From assembly GCA_950097015.1 (NCBI GenBank), contig CATNEN010000007.1, positions 2,914,001 to 2,978,000 of the forward strand: a stretch of 64,000 bases of DNA, given 5' to 3'. Origin of the DNA: Macrostomum hystrix. Taxonomy: Eukaryota > Animalia > Platyhelminthes. The notes under the pieces are model-generated. The model was not told where the DNA came from, did no database searches, and worked only from the letters and a program-made list of their open reading frames with translations. Positions 14,101 to 26,100 of this stretch are shown in pieces. A program made the position numbers and the translations under genes. How positions within the stretch are numbered: position 1 is the stretch's first letter; the number at the start of each line of letters is the position of its first letter.

Positions 14101-17100
14101 TGTGTTCTTAGTGAATTGGTGAGTGTTCTAACTGGGTTTTGTGTGTTCTAAGTGGATTGGTGAGTGTTCTAACTGGGTTTCGTGTGTTCTTAGTGAATTG
14201 GTGAGTGTTCTAATGGGGTTTTGTGTGTTCTAAGTGGATTGGTGAGTGTTCTAATTGGGTTTTGTGTGTTCTAAGTGGATTGGTGAGTGTTCTAATGGGG
14301 TTTTGTGTGTTCTAAGTGGATTGGTGAGTGTTCTAATGGGGTTTTGTGTGTTCTAAGTGGATTAGTGAGTGTTCTAATTGGGTTTTGTGTGTTCTAAGTG
14401 GATTGGTGAGTGTTCTAATTGGGTTTTGTGTGTTCTAAGTGGATTGGTGAGTGCTCTAATTGGGTTTTGTGTGTTCTAAGTGAATTGGTGAGTGTTCTAA
14501 TTGGGTTTTGTGTGTTCTAAGTGGATTGGTGAGTGCTCTAATTGGGTTTTGTGTGTTCTAAGTGGATTGGTGAGTGTTCTAACTGGGTTTCGTGTGTTAT
14601 AAGTGAATTGGTGAGTGTTCTAATGGGGTTTTGTGTGTTATAAGTGAATTGGTGAGTGTTCTAATGGGGTTTTGTGTGTTCTAAGTGGATTGGTGAGTGT
14701 TCTAATGGGGTTTTGTGTGTTCTAAGTGAATTGGTGAGTGTTCTAATTGGGTTTTGTGTGTTCTAAGTGGATTGGTGAGTGTTCTAATGGGGTTTTGTGT
14801 GTTATAAGTGAATTGGTGAGTGTTCTAATTGGGTTTTGTGTGTTCTAAGTGGATTGGTGAGTGTTCTAATTGGGTTTTGTGTGTTCTAAGTGAATTGGTG
14901 AGTGTTCTAATTGGGTTTTGTGTGTTATAAGTGAATTGGTGAGTGTTCTAATTGGGTTTTGTGTGTTCTAAGTGGATTGGTGAGTGTTCTAATGGGGTTT
15001 TGTGTGTTATAAGTGAATTGGTGAGTGTTCTAATTGGGTTTTGTGTGTTCTAAGTGGATTGGTGAGTGTTCTAATGGGGTTTTGTGTGTTATAAGTGAAT
15101 TGGTGAGTGTTCTAATGGGGTTTTGTGTGTTCTAAGTGAATTGGTGAGTGTTCTAATGGGGTTTTGTGTGTTCTAAGTGAATTGGTGAGTGTTCTAATGG
15201 GGTTTTGTGTGTTATAAGTGAATTGGTGAGTGTTCTAATTGGGTTTTGTGTGTTATAAGTGAATTGGTGAGTGTTCTAATGGGGTTTTGTGTGTTCTAAG
15301 TGGATTGGTGAGTGTTCTAATTGGGTTTTGTGTGTTCTAAGTGAATTGGTGAGTGTTCTAATTGGGTTTTGTGTGTTATAAGTGAATTGGTGAGTACTCT
15401 AATTGGGTTTTGTGTGTTCTAAGTGAATTGGTGAGTGTTCTAATTGGGTTTTGTGTGTTATAAGTGAATTGGTGAGTGTTCTAATGGGGTTTTGTGTGTT
15501 ATAAGTGGATTGGTGAGTGTTCTAATGGGGTTTTGTGTGTTATAAGTGAATTGGTGAGTGTTCTAATGGGGTTTTGTGTGTTCTAAGTGGATTGGTGAGT
15601 GTTCTAATTGGGTTTTGTGTGTTCTAAGTGGATTGGTGAGTGTTCTAACTGGGTTTTGTGTGTTCTAAGTGGATTGGTGAGTGTTCTAATTGGGTTTTGT
15701 GTGTTATAAGTGAATTGGTGAGTGTTCTAATTGGGTTTTGTGTGTTCTAAGTGGATTGGTGAGTGTTCTAATTGGGTTTTGTGTGTTATAAGTGAATTGG
15801 TGAGTGTTCTAATGGGGTTTTGTGTGTTCTAAGTGAATTGGTGAGTGTTCTAATGGGGTTTTGTGTGTTCTAAGTGAATTGGTGAGTGTTCTAATTGGGT
15901 TTTGTGTGTTCTAAGTGGATTGGTGAGTGTTCTAATTGGGTTTTGTGTGTTATAAGTGAATTGGTGAGTGTTCTAACTGGGTTTTGTGTGTTCTAAGTGG
16001 ATTGGTGAGTGTTCTAATTGGGTTTTGTGTGTTCTTAGTGAATTGGTGAGTGTTCTAATTGGGTTTTGTGTGTTCTTAGTGAATTGGTGAGTGTTCTAAC
16101 TGGGTTTCGTGTGTTCTAAGTGGATTGGTGAGTGTTCTAACTGGGTTTCGTGTGTTCTTAGTGAATTGGTGAGTGTTCTAACTGGGTTTCGTGTGTTCTT
16201 AGTGAATTGGTGAGTGTTCTAACTGGGTTTTGTGTGTTCTAAGTGGATTGGTGAGTGTTCTAACTGGGTTTCGTGTGTTCTTAGTGAATTGGTGAGTGTT
16301 CTAATGGGGTTTTGTGTGTTCTAAGTGGATTGGTGAGTGTTCTAATGGGGTTTTGTGTGTTCTAAGTGGATTGGTGAGTGTTCTAATGGGGTTTTGTGTG
16401 TTCTAAGTGGATTAGTGAGTGTTCTAATTGGGTTTTGTGTGTTCTAAGTGGATTGGTGAGTGTTCTAATGGGGTTTTGTGTGTTCTAAGTGGATTGGTGA
16501 GTGTTCTAATTGGGTTTTGTGTGTTCTAAGTGGATTGGTGAGTGTTCTAATTGGGTTTTGTGTGTTATAAGTGAATTGGTGAGTGTTCTAATGGGGTTTT
16601 GTGTGTTCTAAGTGGATTGGTGAGTGTTCTAATGGGGTTTTGTGTGTTCTAAGTGGATTGGTGAGTGTTCTAATTGGGTTTTGTGTGTTCTAAGTGGATT
16701 GGTGAGTGTTCTAATTGGGTTTTGTGTGTTCTAAGTGGATTGGTGAGTGTTCTAATGGGGTTTTGTGTGTTCTAAGTGGATTGGTGAGTGCTCTAATTGG
16801 GTTTTGTGTGTTCTAAGTGAATTGGTGAGTGTTCTAATTGGGTTTTGTGTGTTCTAAGTGGATTGGTGAGTGTTCTAATTGGGTTTTGTGTGTTATAAGT
16901 GAATTGGTGAGTGTTCTAATGGGGTTTTGTGTGTTCTAAGTGGATTGGTGAGTGTTCTAATGGGGTTTTGTGTGTTCTAAGTGGATTGGTGAGTGTTCTA
17001 ATTGGGTTTTGTGTGTTCTAAGTGGATTGGTGAGTGCTCTAATTGGGTTTTGTGTGTTCTAAGTGAATTGGTGAGTGTTCTAATTGGGTTTTGTGTGTTC

Positions 17101-20100
17101 TAAGTGGATTGGTGAGTGCTCTAATTGGGTTTTGTGTGTTCTAAGTGAATTGGTGAGTGTTCTAATTGGGTTTTGTGTGTTCTAAGTGGATTGGTGAGTG
17201 TTCTAACTGGGTTTCGTGTGTTCTTAGTGAATTGGTGAGTGTTCTAATTGGGTTTTGTGTGTTCTAAGTGGATTGGTGAGTGCTCTAACTGGGTTTCGTG
17301 TGTGTTCTAGTTGGTGTTGAATGGTTGTTGTGTTTTCTATTAGGGTTTCGGCAGTTTTTGTGGGATGTTGAGCGTTTAATCTAACAGGGCGCAATTCAGC
17401 AGGGTAGCAAAGATTTCGTCAGTCCTGTAGTGCCAAAAGTCGCAAAATTTTTTTTAACTTTGATCCGCCATTCGCAACTCTACCCGCCGCACTGCGCAGT
17501 CGAGGCCGGCAGTCCGGACCCTGCCGCCAGCCGCGGCGCCAGCAGCGCCCGCACGGGTGCCGGATCCATCATGCCAATGCCACCCCCGAATTGTAAGGGC
17601 TATCGCGCCCTATTCGCCCCTTCAAGCCCTACTTTCCGCCACCTTTCGCCACCTCCCTTCTGCCTTCTTTCTACCCTGAGACTTCCGTCCTCCTTCCGCC
17701 GATTTTCCGCCTCCTATTCACCAGCTTCCTCCCTTTCCGCCCCCCTTCCGCCCCCTGTCCGCCTCCTTTCCGCCTCCTTTCCGCTCCCTTTCCGCCCCCC
17801 TTCCGCCCCCTTTCCGCCCCACTTTCCGCCACCTCTCAGCAACCTCCCTTCCGCCCTCTTTCTACCCTCAGATTTTCGTCCTCCTTCCGCTGATTTTCCG
17901 CCTCCTTTTCACTAGCTTCTACCCTTTCCGCCCCCTTTCCGCCTCCTTTCCGCCCCCTTTCCGCCCTTTCGCCACCTCTCAGCCACCTCCCTACCGCCCT
18001 CTTTCTACCCTCAGACTTCTACCCTCAGACTTCCGTCTTCCTTCCACCGATTTTCCGCCTCCTATTCACCAGCTTCCACCCTTTCCGCCTCCTTTCCGCC
18101 CTCCTTTCCGCCTCCTTTCCGCCCTCCTTTCCGCCTCCTTTCCGCCCTCCTTTCCGCCTCCATTTTAGCAGCTTCCGCCCTCTTCCACCCTCCGCCCTTT
18201 TCTCCTGACATGATCTATAGCGAAAATAGTTATCATTTTCTAATCCTAATATTACTATAATAATCTGCAATATTCTCTTCTGTTTGAGCACAATTACGAT
18301 GGGGATAATTGCTAGAGATAGCACACTTATCTACGGATTTCTTACGTTAGAGTTCATTTCCTAAAATATAATATTTAATAACGAGTCTTATCTGTGCAAT
18401 TATGTACATTTCCGCATGTACATTCGGTGCATGAGATGATCGCATGCACTTAAACGCATTTTAGTTAATCTTTCGCATGCTATTTTGCCACACTGCTTAT
18501 TGTTGTTATTTAGTTTCTAATGCACAAACTGCATAAAACTGCATGGTATATTTCTGTGCACTAAAATATTCCATCAAGGTCGCCTGTCCACCACGCCTAG
18601 CGCCCTGGACTCAGAATTCGGCACTGTGCGCGACTCAGTTGCCATGACAGCTGAGGAGCAAGCCCTACTGGATGCTATACTCACTGTGAGTACATTCGGC
18701 TTTAGTGTTTCTTAAGTATGCGAACATTTGTACATTTTCAACTCTCAAATATTTTCAGTCTCAAAAGCTAAAGAAGTCATTGTTCATTGTGGAGCGAGCG
18801 GTTGTGCAGAACAATAGCCAGAATCTGCTGGCTACATATCGGCATTTGCCTATTGTGGAAGGTGAGTTTTGTGGGGTTTTGAGTACAAGTGGGCAGGAAG
18901 AAGCAGAGTAGGAGATAGGTCTGGGAAGTAGATAAGAAGATGGGTGTGAGAAGTAGATAAGGAGGAAGGAGTGAGAAGTAGATAAGGAGATGAGTCAGGG
19001 AAGTGGATTAGGAAGTAGCAGTGAGAAGTAGATATTGAGGTAGGTGAGGAAAGTATATAAGGAGGAAGGAGTGAGAAGTAGATAAGGAGATGAGTCTGGG
19101 AAGTGGATTAGGAAGTAGGAGTGAGAAGTAGATAAGGAGATGAGTCTGGGAAGTGGATTAGGAAGTAGGAGTGAGAAGTAGATAAGGAAGTAGATGTGTG
19201 CAGCAAAAATTTTGGACTAGTTACTAGTGAAATTTACGCACCAATCCACCGATATGCTGCACAGTGACCAAGCTTAGCAGCTCGGAGGCGGACCCGTCCC
19301 AGGCTCTGGTGTCCCGTCAGAAGTCCGGCGTCAGCCTAACGCCACACCTGGCCTACCTGTGGAAATACTCGTGCCCGGCTGTGCGAGGCCAAACTGTCAC
19401 CTGCATGGCTTGGAATAAGCAGAACAAGGTGCGCTCTCCTGCAGGATTTGGGAATTTATTTGCTTAATGTTGGGATTCCCTTACTCGACTTGAGGATTCC
19501 ATTGCTCAAGTTGTGGATTCTCTTATTCAAGTTGTGGATTCTCTTATTCAAGTTGTGGATTCCCTTACTCAAGTTGTGGATTCCCTTACTCAAGTTGTGG
19601 ATTCCCTTACTCAAGTTGTGGATTCCCTTACTCAAGTTGTGGATTCCCTTACTCAAGTTGTGGATTCTCTTACTTAAGTTGTGGATTCTCTTACTCAAGT
19701 TGTGGATTCCCTTATTCAAGTTGATGATTCCATAACTCAAGTTGATGATTCCCTTGCTCAAGTTGATGATTCCCTTGCTCAAGTTGATGATTCCCTTGCT
19801 CAAGTTGATGATTCCCTTGCTCAAGTTGATGATTCCCTTGCTCAAGTTGATGATTCCCTTGCTCAAGTTGGGGATTCCATAACTCAAGTTGGGGATTCCA
19901 TAACTCAAGTTGGGGATTCCATAACTCAAGTTGGGGATTCCATAACTCAAGTTGGGGATTCCATAACTCAAGTTGATGATTCCCTTACTCAAGTTGATGA
20001 TTCCCTTACTCAAGTTGATGATTCCCTTACTCAAGTTGGGGATTCTCTTACTCAAGTTGTGGATTCTCTTACTCAAGTTGGGGATTCCATTACTCAAGTT

Positions 20101-23100
20101 GTGGATTCTCTTACTCAAGTTGGGGATTCCATTACTCAAGTTGTGGATTCTCTTATTCAAGTTGTGGATTCCCTTGCTCAAGTTGGGGATTCCCTTGCTC
20201 AAGTTGGGGATTCCCTTGCTCAAGTTGGGGATTCCATAACTCAAGTTGGGGATTCCATAACTCAAGTTGGGGATTCCATAACTCAAGTTGGGGATTCCAT
20301 AACTCAAGTTGGGGATTCCATTACTCAAGTTGATGATTCCCTTACTCAAGTTGATGATTCCCTTACTTAAGTTGTGGATTACCTTAGTTAAGTTGTGGAT
20401 TACCTTACTCAAGTTGGGGATTCCATTACTCAAGTTGGGGATTCCATTACTCAAGTTGATGATTCCCTTACTCAAGAGGATTACCTTACTCAAGTTGGGG
20501 ATTCCCTCATTAATTTCGAGGATACTAACATATAAGTTTTTATTTCTGCTTTACAGTTTGAGAAATATACTTTTTTGCGATTGAATTCGTCCAAACTGCA
20601 AAACCTTTCGTCCACTAACGCTTTCTTAATGGGAGCTAAATTTAGATTATACCATGGACAACTGTGTTCACGCAAAACGGTTCATCCAGTTTGTAAAACA
20701 TTTCGTCTAAACCCTTCGTCCAAACAGCTAACAGCTAAACGGAGCGAATTTATTTGATATCACGAGATATTGAACAAAGCAAAAACAAGTGTCTCTTGTT
20801 AGAATGTTAGTTTAAAATGTCTTCGTAGTCCAAACAGCGGCCGTAGTAACCCACAGTGTGATTGTTCCATTGCTGGCACTTCTCCTGTGTAATCACGTGC
20901 AGTGCAGCTTCGACCTCTCTCTTCAAAATGTGCATCCGCCAGGCATGCAGAGTCAGGTTCGCAGCAGCAGCAGCTTGCCGATTAGAGAGCTCGTGCTGAA
21001 TAGCGGGAACTGCCAGTGCCCTCTTCACTGATGCCTTCAGGGAAGACCCTGCGCGCTCAGTTGGGTTGAGATACGGAGAGTACGGTGGCAATTGATAGGT
21101 GCTGTGTTGCGGTGAAAGTCCAGGGACTTGAAGGTGAGCGCGGGCCCCATCAAAGATCGCCACCCACTCAGCCTCCACCAGGACATCCAGCTCTACTAAG
21201 AAGTCTGCAAAATTTTGAGCTCGAAAACCTCCTTCCACCAGCGCATAGTGAACAAGTCCCCATTGCGGAGATATGGCCAAGCAGAGAGTCAGGTTTTGTC
21301 CGCGCTGGCCACGTACCGTTCTCACCGCAGGCTGGCCTCGATTTGCCCATCCTTGAGTTCTCGCCGTCCACAGGTTCAGCCCGAACTCATCGAGAAAAAT
21401 CTGGTTCCTGTCGTGTCCTTCGTTCATCATCCACTGTGCGTACTCACATCTCGCCGCCTTCACAACTGGGTTGTTCCAATCAAACGTAATCTGCCTAGCC
21501 AGCTTCAAAGTCACCAGCTGTTTGTCAAGTGCTCGACTTATGGTTGAGACATGAGGAAGTTGACCTTCATTGCCAAGTTGCATCAGATGGTTCCGCATCA
21601 TTTGTAATGCCGCGGACGGGTTTGCCTCGAGGAACTCGATGATTGACTCAATCTGCTGCTCTTGAAGTTGCTTCGGACGGCCACCTGCTGATGGAAGCTT
21701 CTCAATGCGCCCGGTTTGAACGTAGGTGTCGACAATTGTTTTGGCTGTCTTTCTCTTGATCCCAAGGATATCGGCCAGTTGTTTCCAATCGCGGCCTTCT
21801 TCAACAACCAAGGCTAATCGCCTGCGGTCTTCGTTTGACACTGGATGGTAGGGGCCTCGGTTCATCTTCGACTGTTTTGCCGGGTTCAGAATGGAAGATA
21901 TGCGTTGCTGTAGCTGTAGTGGTAGCAAAAGCGAACTGTCAAGTGGGTGTTAACTATGGTAGGAACAGTACACTCGGTCTCTAGTCTAGGGGACAAAATG
22001 TTTTACAAACTGGATGAACCGTTTTGCGTGAACACAGTATGATCTAAATTTAGCTCCCATTAGAAAGCATTTGTGGACGAAAGGTTTTGCAGTTTGGACG
22101 AATTCAATCGCAAAAAAGTATATTATCGAATTATTTATTTGTTACTTCGTTCTATGGAAAAATAATAGAGAACAAGAATGTCAGCTTTTGTGGATAACTG
22201 GCCCGAAGGACTGAAATCGTATGAAAATCCCCATTTCAACCAAACTCTATTCGAGCACGTGAGGGGTCGCAATTCGAGCAGGGTCGCAAACCTGATTCCA
22301 CATCCTGGGCACCACAGGACATTCTGGCCGCCAGCTACGGCAAGCACGAGTATGAGCCAGAGATGAAGAGCGGCCTGGTGTGCTGCTGGTCAGTGAAAAA
22401 TATTCAGCAACCTGAGCGCATGTTTCGCACTAAGTCTGGCGTGACTTCGCTATCGTGGTCGACCCAGTTCAGCTACCTGCTGGCGGCCGGCCTGTTCGAT
22501 GGTCACGTGCTTATCTTTGACGTCCGGACTGGCGCTCAGGAGCCGGTTTTCGACTCTTAGTGAGAACTGGGGCGTCCGGGCAAACGCACCGACCTCACTC
22601 CACAAACGCACCCACCTCACTCCACAAACGCACCCACCTCACTCCACAAACGCACCACCTCACTCCAAAAATGCTGTCACCTCACTCCAAAAACACACCT
22701 ACCTCACTCCGCAGTGACACCCACCTCACTCCGCAGTGACACCCACCTCACTCCGCAGTGACACCCACCTCACTCCGCAGTGACACCCACCTCACTCCGC
22801 AGTGACACCCACCTCACTCCACGGTCACACTCACCTTATGAACCCACCTCACACCGCAGCCAATCGCCAGGTCGCCACTTTGGCCCGGTTCGCCAGTTGG
22901 AATGGGTGCGCAAGGAGGCCGGCAAGCATGAGGACACGCAGGAGGTTCTGGTCTCGGCCTCGTCAGACGGCCGGGTCATTCAGTGGTCGATTCGCAAGGG
23001 CTTTGAGTTCAAGGAGCTAATGAAACTTAAGCGAGTCACCTCCGTATTGCCAGGCCCGAGCCAGAAGCAAAAACAGCAGAAGGCGGACGCTCTGATCTCC

Positions 23101-26100
23101 AGGCAGGCCGCTGGCTCATCGCTAGCCTTTAATCCGAACGACAAGAATGTGTAAGTGCGAAGTAGACGTCCTAAGTTTTAAGCTTGATGTCCATTTCATG
23201 TACCTTCGCTTCTCTTTCGCTTTTTGTAGTAGCTAAAAGTTTTAATCACAACCAAGTTTTTATCCGCCTACTATTAGTAGTTTAACAGCGCCACTCGGGG
23301 AAAAAATTTCAGCTACCTCGTGGGCACCGAGGACGGCAATCTGCACAAGTGCAGCTGCTCCTACAATGAGCAGTACTTGGAGAACTACTTTGGGCATTCA
23401 AGCCCGGTCTACTCCGTAAAATGGTCGCCATTTTCGCCTGACGTTTTTATCAGTTGCGCCGCTGACTGGACCATCAATCTGTGGCAGGCGGACCGCACGA
23501 AGCCAGTCACCACCATCGCCTCGTCCACGGTGAGTTTTCTGCCACACATTCAAATTTCATGATTGGCCTATTAAATCTCATCAGCTTGAATTTCTGACTG
23601 TAATTTTTTAACAATTGCATCAAACGATTGCAGAAGTCTGTTAACTGTTTGAGCTGGTCTCCCAAATCCTCCTGCGTGTTCGCATGCGTCAACGATGGTC
23701 AACTGGAAGTCTGGAATATGACGCATTCTACGTGAGTTTTTACTACACTGTGATCGCCTGATATTAACAAAATTTACGACCAACTCACTCCGCCGAGTCT
23801 TGCGCTGCCTAGCCCTAGATGACACCCACCTCACTCCACCAAGTCTTGCGCTGCCCTAGGCATAGATGACATCCACCTCACCCCGCCAAGTCTCGCGCTG
23901 CCTAGCCTTGGATGACATTCATCTCACTCCACCAAGTCGTGCCCTGCCTAGGATAACATCCACCCCACTCCGCCAGGTCTTGCGCTGCCTAGCCCTAGAT
24001 GACACCCACCTCACTCCACCAGGTTTCGCGCTGCCTAGCCTTAGATAACACCCACCTCACTCCACCAGTCTCGCTCTGCCTAGCCTTGGATGACATTCAT
24101 CTCACTCCACCAAGTCGTGCCCTGCCTAGAATAACATCCACCCCACTCCGCCAGGTCTTGCGCTGCCTAACCCAAGATGACATTCACCTTACTCAGACGA
24201 CAAGTCACATTTCCGAATCATATCACATCTAATAATTTTAAACAAACTAAGTAAAGGTCTGAACCTGTTTTATTATTCGCAGTGTATCTGTTGAATCGCT
24301 TTTAAAATTATTTAAGAAAAAAAATATTTTTGCGGCACTAAATACTATCCAGAGGATCACATTACAAAGCATGTACAATTTATTATTTTAACAAACACAA
24401 CAAAAACTAATTTCAGACTGGACCCGATCATCACGGAGCCAACAGACGAGGACACTGGCCGCTACACCCACGTGCTATTCTCCGAGAACAGCGACGTAAG
24501 TTAGAAAAGCTTGCTAATTTTCATGCTACTCATAGTAAGATACGTTAGAATTTAGTGTCTTTTAGACTTTTTTCAATACAAGTCTCTATAATAAAAGACA
24601 GTTTCATATTTTGGGTCTTAAAGTCAAATTGTATGATAAGCTTCCTAACAATGTTTCTGCTGCTGCTGCTGCTGCTGCTGCTGCCTCATGAGTATCTGCT
24701 GCCGGTCCCAAAGTCGTTGCTCTGTAGCGCAGAAGATGCAGATAGTTGTGGCCGTTGATGCTGCTGCTGCTGCTGACACGCCAAGGTGTTGATTGTTGCT
24801 ATTCGCTAAAGCCAGCAGAGCGCAAGGACCGCTAGAGCTGACGCAGCCAGTTGTGAGCACAGCTCTCAGGTGAGCAATGTACCTGGCTGCCAGGCGGAGA
24901 GTCTCAACTTTGGACAGTTTTCGATCGCTCGGCTCGGTTGGGATGCAGCAGCGGAGCCTGCCGAAGGCGGCGTTGACGTCGGCGGTTCGTCGGCGCTCCT
25001 TTAGAGGCGGCTGCTGCTGCTGCTCCTGCTGCTTTGATCGACCCACCATTTTATTGGCAGCGATGATAGCTGAACGAACCTACAATAGGCATGAGTGTCA
25101 GTTAAAGTTAAAGTTAAAGTTACAATAGTTCGTTTGTAATATTAGATAACTTGCGATGTACTTTAAAAGTGATAGAAAAGAACAGAAAATTTGGCGAAAG
25201 TCTATCTTCCGCCACCGAGGAGAGAATTTTGCTGGCCTATTTCGCTGACTCATGAGCACACAAGCACACAAGCTGTACATCTGCCCTGACTTTCTCATCG
25301 TCAGGCAGTGCACACTTTCACTGTGCCTTGGAGGTTGGCCCTCAAGGGCGTAAATTGCAGGCGACCAAGCCTTCTCTCCGCGGCTGCGCCCCAAATGAAT
25401 GTGGCCTCGCCGGGGAATCGAGCTCAGGGACCTTGGCGCGAGAGGCAAACGCGTTGACCGCTGTCACTGACCCACTCCTGGGTTAGTTATCGAGAATTTA
25501 AATTTACCAGCTCTGAGCTCTTTTCTGCGGAGTTTCTGCCTTGCTGCTCTGATTTAAAATCGGATTAACAGATCAATTCTTAAATCATTGTTTGCTTAAA
25601 CTTACCAGAATTCAGAAAAAGCAGAACTATGAAACTTTGAGTGTTTTGAAACTGTTTAGAGAGATTCCAGGTAAAAAATCTGCTTTCAAATAGAATCGTT
25701 GCGTCCCTGTTTTCATAGAAGCAAAAATCTCGGGGGAAGGGAAGGTGTGGGGTTGGCTACGGGCGCCGGTTAGAGGGCTCCAACCAATGACCGCCGTTCG
25801 CTTTTAACAACATTCTGCAATAGCCCCCCCCCCAATGTCTGCAGCAGACTTAATGACAGATGAACTTCCCCTTCAAAAAGCCTAATGACCCACAGCGCCA
25901 ATTAAATGTGGAACCCAATGGTCTTGTTTGGCCAGTTATTTTCATTCCGGTGAAGAAAAGTGTGAAAATAAGGCCTGTTTCGCTTCGACCCCCGTCCAAA
26001 CATTCTCTTCGTTTTTCTATTAGCGATGGTGCATGAATGGGTATTGCAGAGCTTGTTAAGGATGGCCTCGCAGCCCTTTGGTTGCTATGCCATGCTAATG

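Noticed and set aside
12459-17310. CRISPR-like or regularly spaced repeat array
   Set aside because: Head-to-tail units with no unique spacers, eukaryotic context and no cas genes. The same applies to all other arrays.
18640-18653. X-box-like GTTGCCATGACAGC in DNAI4
   Set aside because: Lies in a coding exon (VAMTA), has a degenerate right half and is far from the start codon.
19448-20584. Leucine-rich-repeat-like ORFs (NLSKGI, LKLWIP)
   Set aside because: 21-bp satellite with heptad periodicity only; lies within DNAI4 intron 7.
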